Below, piece by piece: positions 60,430-64,000 of a stretch of DNA of 64,000 bases. Source of the stretch: Tricharina praecox (lineage: Eukaryota); contig NW_026250406.1 in the NCBI RefSeq assembly GCF_024521635.1, positions 806,001 to 870,000 of the forward strand, read 5' to 3'. Within the stretch, counting starts at the first letter, position 1; each line of letters opens with the position of its first letter. Under the pieces are notes generated by a model, which made no database searches, was not told where the DNA came from, and saw only the letters and a program-made list of their open reading frames with translations. A program made the translations under genes and the position numbers.

Positions 60430-63400
60430 TCACAAAAAGTTAACCGAGTGCCGTTTACTACTCCTCCTGCTCTCGGGCTCATCGCCCATTTCCGAGAGCG
60501 CAGCGAGGGTGTCCGCGCGTCCGCCGCGGTTCCGATCGAGCCGCATTCCCTTCCATCCCTCTAGTTCGCGCTCGAGACGCAGGCCCTTCTCGCGCTCCTC
60601 TCTAGCCTCGCGCTCCGCGCGTCTGGCAATCAGCTGGTGCTCGGAATCGCTCGCTTGCAGCTCCTCGATGGCCTTGAGCATGCGCTCGAGCTTCTCCTTG
60701 CCCTTTGCAATCTCCTCTTCGAGCTGGTTGTTGACCTTGTCCCGGCGGTCGATCTGTGCTTGCAGATCGCGCACCGTGCGGTCGACATTGCGGACTGAGC
60801 GCTCGGATTGTGACTTGACTCGTTCGTGTTCTTCGAGGGCGTTCTCAAGCTAGATACTCATCGTTAGCAATCCCGCCGCCAGCTGTAGTTGCATCGAGTT
60901 GAAGCTCACCTCTTGAACCCGTCCGTGCAAGAACCTGACATCGTGTGACGTGCTGGAATAACTCTTCGTCTCGAGGTCCACCAATTTCAACTGCAAGTCC
61001 TTGACCTGTTTCTCAAGCTGGGCCTTCTCCTTGTGTAGATTAACGTTCGACTCCCTCTCGGCGGCGATATCTCTCTGCGTCTCGAGAGCTAGCGCCTCAG
61101 CCCTGCGCATCTTCTCCATAGCGGCAGAAGCCAGATCCTCCTGTTGCGCCAGCGATCCCTTCAGCTCGAGCAGCTCCCGATCCATGCCCGCAGCGTTCCG
61201 CATAGCCGGGCTCTCGCCGTTAGCCAAGTCTTCCAGCCGTTGTGCCGCCTCAGCCAGACGCTTCTCTAGACTGCGCTTCTCCTTCTGCAGCAGATCGCGG
61301 TCGGCGATAACTTCATCCACATTCGCTCTTAGACTGCGAACCTGCGAAAGCAGTGATACGACCCGACCCTGGACCTCATTATGCGCAGCGACAGCCTCAT
61401 CGTGGGACTGAGTAACATCTTGAAGCTTAATCTCGAGCCTAGACTTCTCCTTCGCCCAAGTAGAGCTGTTGAGAACCTCATCATCCCACTTCGCTCGGAG
61501 ATCTTCGGTTTCCTCGCGAAGACGCCGGTTCTCAGCGCGCGACTGCACAAGGTTCTCCCTTTCGATCTCAAGCTCCGCGGTAAGCGATGATAGCTCGGCC
61601 TGGTACTTCTTCCGTGTCTGCTCCATGGACGACTCCTTATCCTCCAGATCCGCGGCGCGCCGGGTACGGTAGTCCTCGAGTTCGTTGTGAAGCCTCTTCC
61701 TGGCCTGCAGCGCAGAAGATAAATCGGCGGACAAATCCTCAATCTGCATGGAACCGTTAGCATACCCTTCTCCAATTCCACTGTAATAAAACAAAAACAA
61801 ACCTTCTCCTCGAAATGCTGATTCTGTCTCTGTAGGTCCTCAATGAGCGACTCCATCTTCTTCCTCTCGGAAAGCACCGTAGCCGTAGTCTCCTCGGCCT
61901 CCCTCGATTGCGCACGCATGAAAGCTTCAGCACGCGAAGACTTCAGCACCGAGATCTCTGCCTGCTCCAGCTTGCTGAAGTATTCCTCGCTGCGCGCCTT
62001 GTACAAGTTCATACTCGCCGTGAGATCCGCAACCTTCGAAGCCTCGGCGTCCAGACGAATCTGCAGGTCGGCAAACTCGTTCAGCAGCTGGGAGCGACTG
62101 ACTTTGTCCTGCTGTTGGGCGGCGAGGGCATCGTCGAGTTCAATCTGCGTCTCTCGTAGATCACTCTCCATGTTCAGTTTCGCCGACTTGAGTTTGTCGA
62201 ACTGCTCTTTCGCCCAGGAGAGATCATTCAGCGCCTCATGGTGAACAGCCACAAGCGTCTTGCGCGCCTGGTCCTGCTGGTTGATGTAGTCATACAACTC
62301 CTCATGGGTCTTGGCCTGGACCTCCTTCAACGACAATTCTATTGAGTTCATGGAAGCCTCCAGTGCCGAGTTCTTCTGCGTAGAATCGTCGAGCAGATCG
62401 TGAAGACGGCTATTCTCCTTCTCTAGCTTGAACGCGCGGCGAGCAGAGTTGTCCTCTTCGAAGCGCACGGACTTCTCGGTTGCGCGATCGATCTGGGCTT
62501 GAAGGTGTTTATTCCGCATCTCCGATAGCTGTAGCTGGTTCTGGACCTCTTCGAGTTCGCTCGCAAGGTCCATCCGCTTCTGGAACGCCATGGTGTCCAT
62601 CGTGCGGTCGGACCCGGAAGAATCAAGGGTATCTTCGGCACCAGAAGTGAGGTTCCGTCTCGCAGGCGTAGAATGGTTAGAGAAGTCCTGTCGGAACGCA
62701 GGCCGGAATTGCTTGGGCGAACCAACTGGGACGCCATTGATCTCCTCCAGCAGAGCCTTCTTCGAAGTGGTGTGCATGCTATCCATCTCCTGCAGTTCAT
62801 CCTGATGACGTTTCCGCAGCTCGGCAAGCTCCTTCTCAGCCCGTGCACTCCTCTCGTTCGACACACGCAATGCCTGGTTCGTCTCCTCAAGCTTGGTAGC
62901 TAGATCCACAGAGTGGGTGACACTACGGCGGCCAGATTCCCACGATGGCGGCTGCTGTCCCTCGGGATCAAACACCTTCTGAAGAACCAACAACTGATGA
63001 TGCGCCTCCTCGAGCTCGGCATTCGTAGCGGCAATAGTCTGCTGGAACTGTTTAGTATTCGCCTGAGCTTGCACCTTCAACTGGCGCTCCATCTCAAGGT
63101 TCCTGTTCAGCTCAGCAAGCTGTAGCTGCATCTGCGACGACGACTTCTCAGCAGTACGCGTAGTCTTGTGCTCACGCGACACCTCATGGTTAAGATCCTC
63201 GAGGTTAAGCGTAAGCTTCTCCTTCTGCTTTTCCAGCGCGCGGATCTGAACATGGGCATCCTCAAGCAGTTTACGGGTCTTATTGTTATCTTCGAGTGCC
63301 TTCGCCTTCTCAGTGGTCAGGGCAACAATCTTGTCGCGATATTGCTCGGCAGCCTTAGCATTGGCCTTGCTGATCTCGAGATTCTTCTGCTGGATCTTGT

Positions 63401-64000
63401 TCTGCAGCGCGCGATTGTCGTTCTCGGACGCGAGGAGCCGGTTCTTGATCTGCGTGGCATCCTGCTCCGTGCGTCGTCGCGAGTTCTCATAAGTCTGTCT
63501 GGCGGCGTCCTGCTCAGCGACGACACGATTCAGCCTCGTGTTTTCGGAGGCTAGCCTCTGCCGTTCGTTCTCGGCCTGGGAAAGCGCATCCTCCTTTGCT
63601 CTGAGGTCTTTGTCCATCCTGGCCTCCTTCTCCTTGACCTGGCGAGACATATTCCTCTCGATTTCGGCTTGCGCCTTGGCTCTCGCAATCTCGACCTCGG
63701 AGACGCGGTCGCGGAGAGTTTTGATCTCAATCTGCAGGTTCCTCTTATCCTTCTCGGACTGGGAGCGGGCCTCGAGCGCGCGACGAAGTGTGTCCTGTTG
63801 ACTGTACAGCTCCTTCTCCATCGTCTCCTTGGCCATACTGAGCGACTCCTTCTCGCGCTTGAGGCTGTTGTACTTGCTCTCATTATTCATGGCGATGTCT
63901 GCGCGATTCTTCCGCTCTTGGTTGAGTTCCGCTTGGACCGAGGCAAGCTCCGACTTGAGCTCTTTGATCTGCTGGTCGAGGAGACGACGGCCCTTGCCGG
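60430..64000 (-). CDS. Type II myosin heavy chain, C-terminal coiled-coil tail; partial, continues beyond the window (S. cerevisiae Myo1/S. pombe Myo2 class)
   Basis: More than 1100 aa of heptad coiled coil with fungal myosin-II tail motifs (YFSKLEQAEISVLKSSRAE, WDDEVLNSSTWAKEKSRLE, LKLVDLETKSYS, ARRAEREAREEREKGLRLERELEGWK). Two introns. Confidence 0.88.

Overview
Gene-dense eukaryotic DNA from a filamentous ascomycete (Pezizomycotina; possibly Pezizales, which is inference only). Introns are mostly 50-70 nt GT-AG with CTRAY branch sites. I can support 21 protein-coding genes, modelled by hand across their introns: MTG1, a BOR1-type borate/bicarbonate exchanger, PSY2/PP4R3, CHL4/CENP-N, POL31, RNA15, NNR1, MRPS16, PRP38, ISY1, a GH16 glucanase, a C-terminal RING protein, VPS34, CWC24, a Nudix hydrolase, a TGL1/YEH-like lipase, an SDR, an Rgf3/Tus1-type RhoGEF, the 3' end of a myosin II heavy chain and two orphans. 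The ORF track hides several things. Two decayed fragments of a non-LTR (LINE) retrotransposon ORF2 flank the Nudix gene in permuted order. A 480-nt in-frame, stop-free intron in the lipase would encode an acidic 160-aa cassette if retained. VPS34 appears to need a GC-AG first intron that competes with a frameshifting GT donor. PRP38 and ISY1 are head to head across only 192 bp. Two metabolite-repair genes share an extended CRE-like motif. There are also several tandem repeats, including a 5-copy ~175-bp array with higher-order structure. I found no tRNA, rRNA or CRISPR array, and no clearly novel multi-gene system. Family calls rest on motif recognition, not on database searches.
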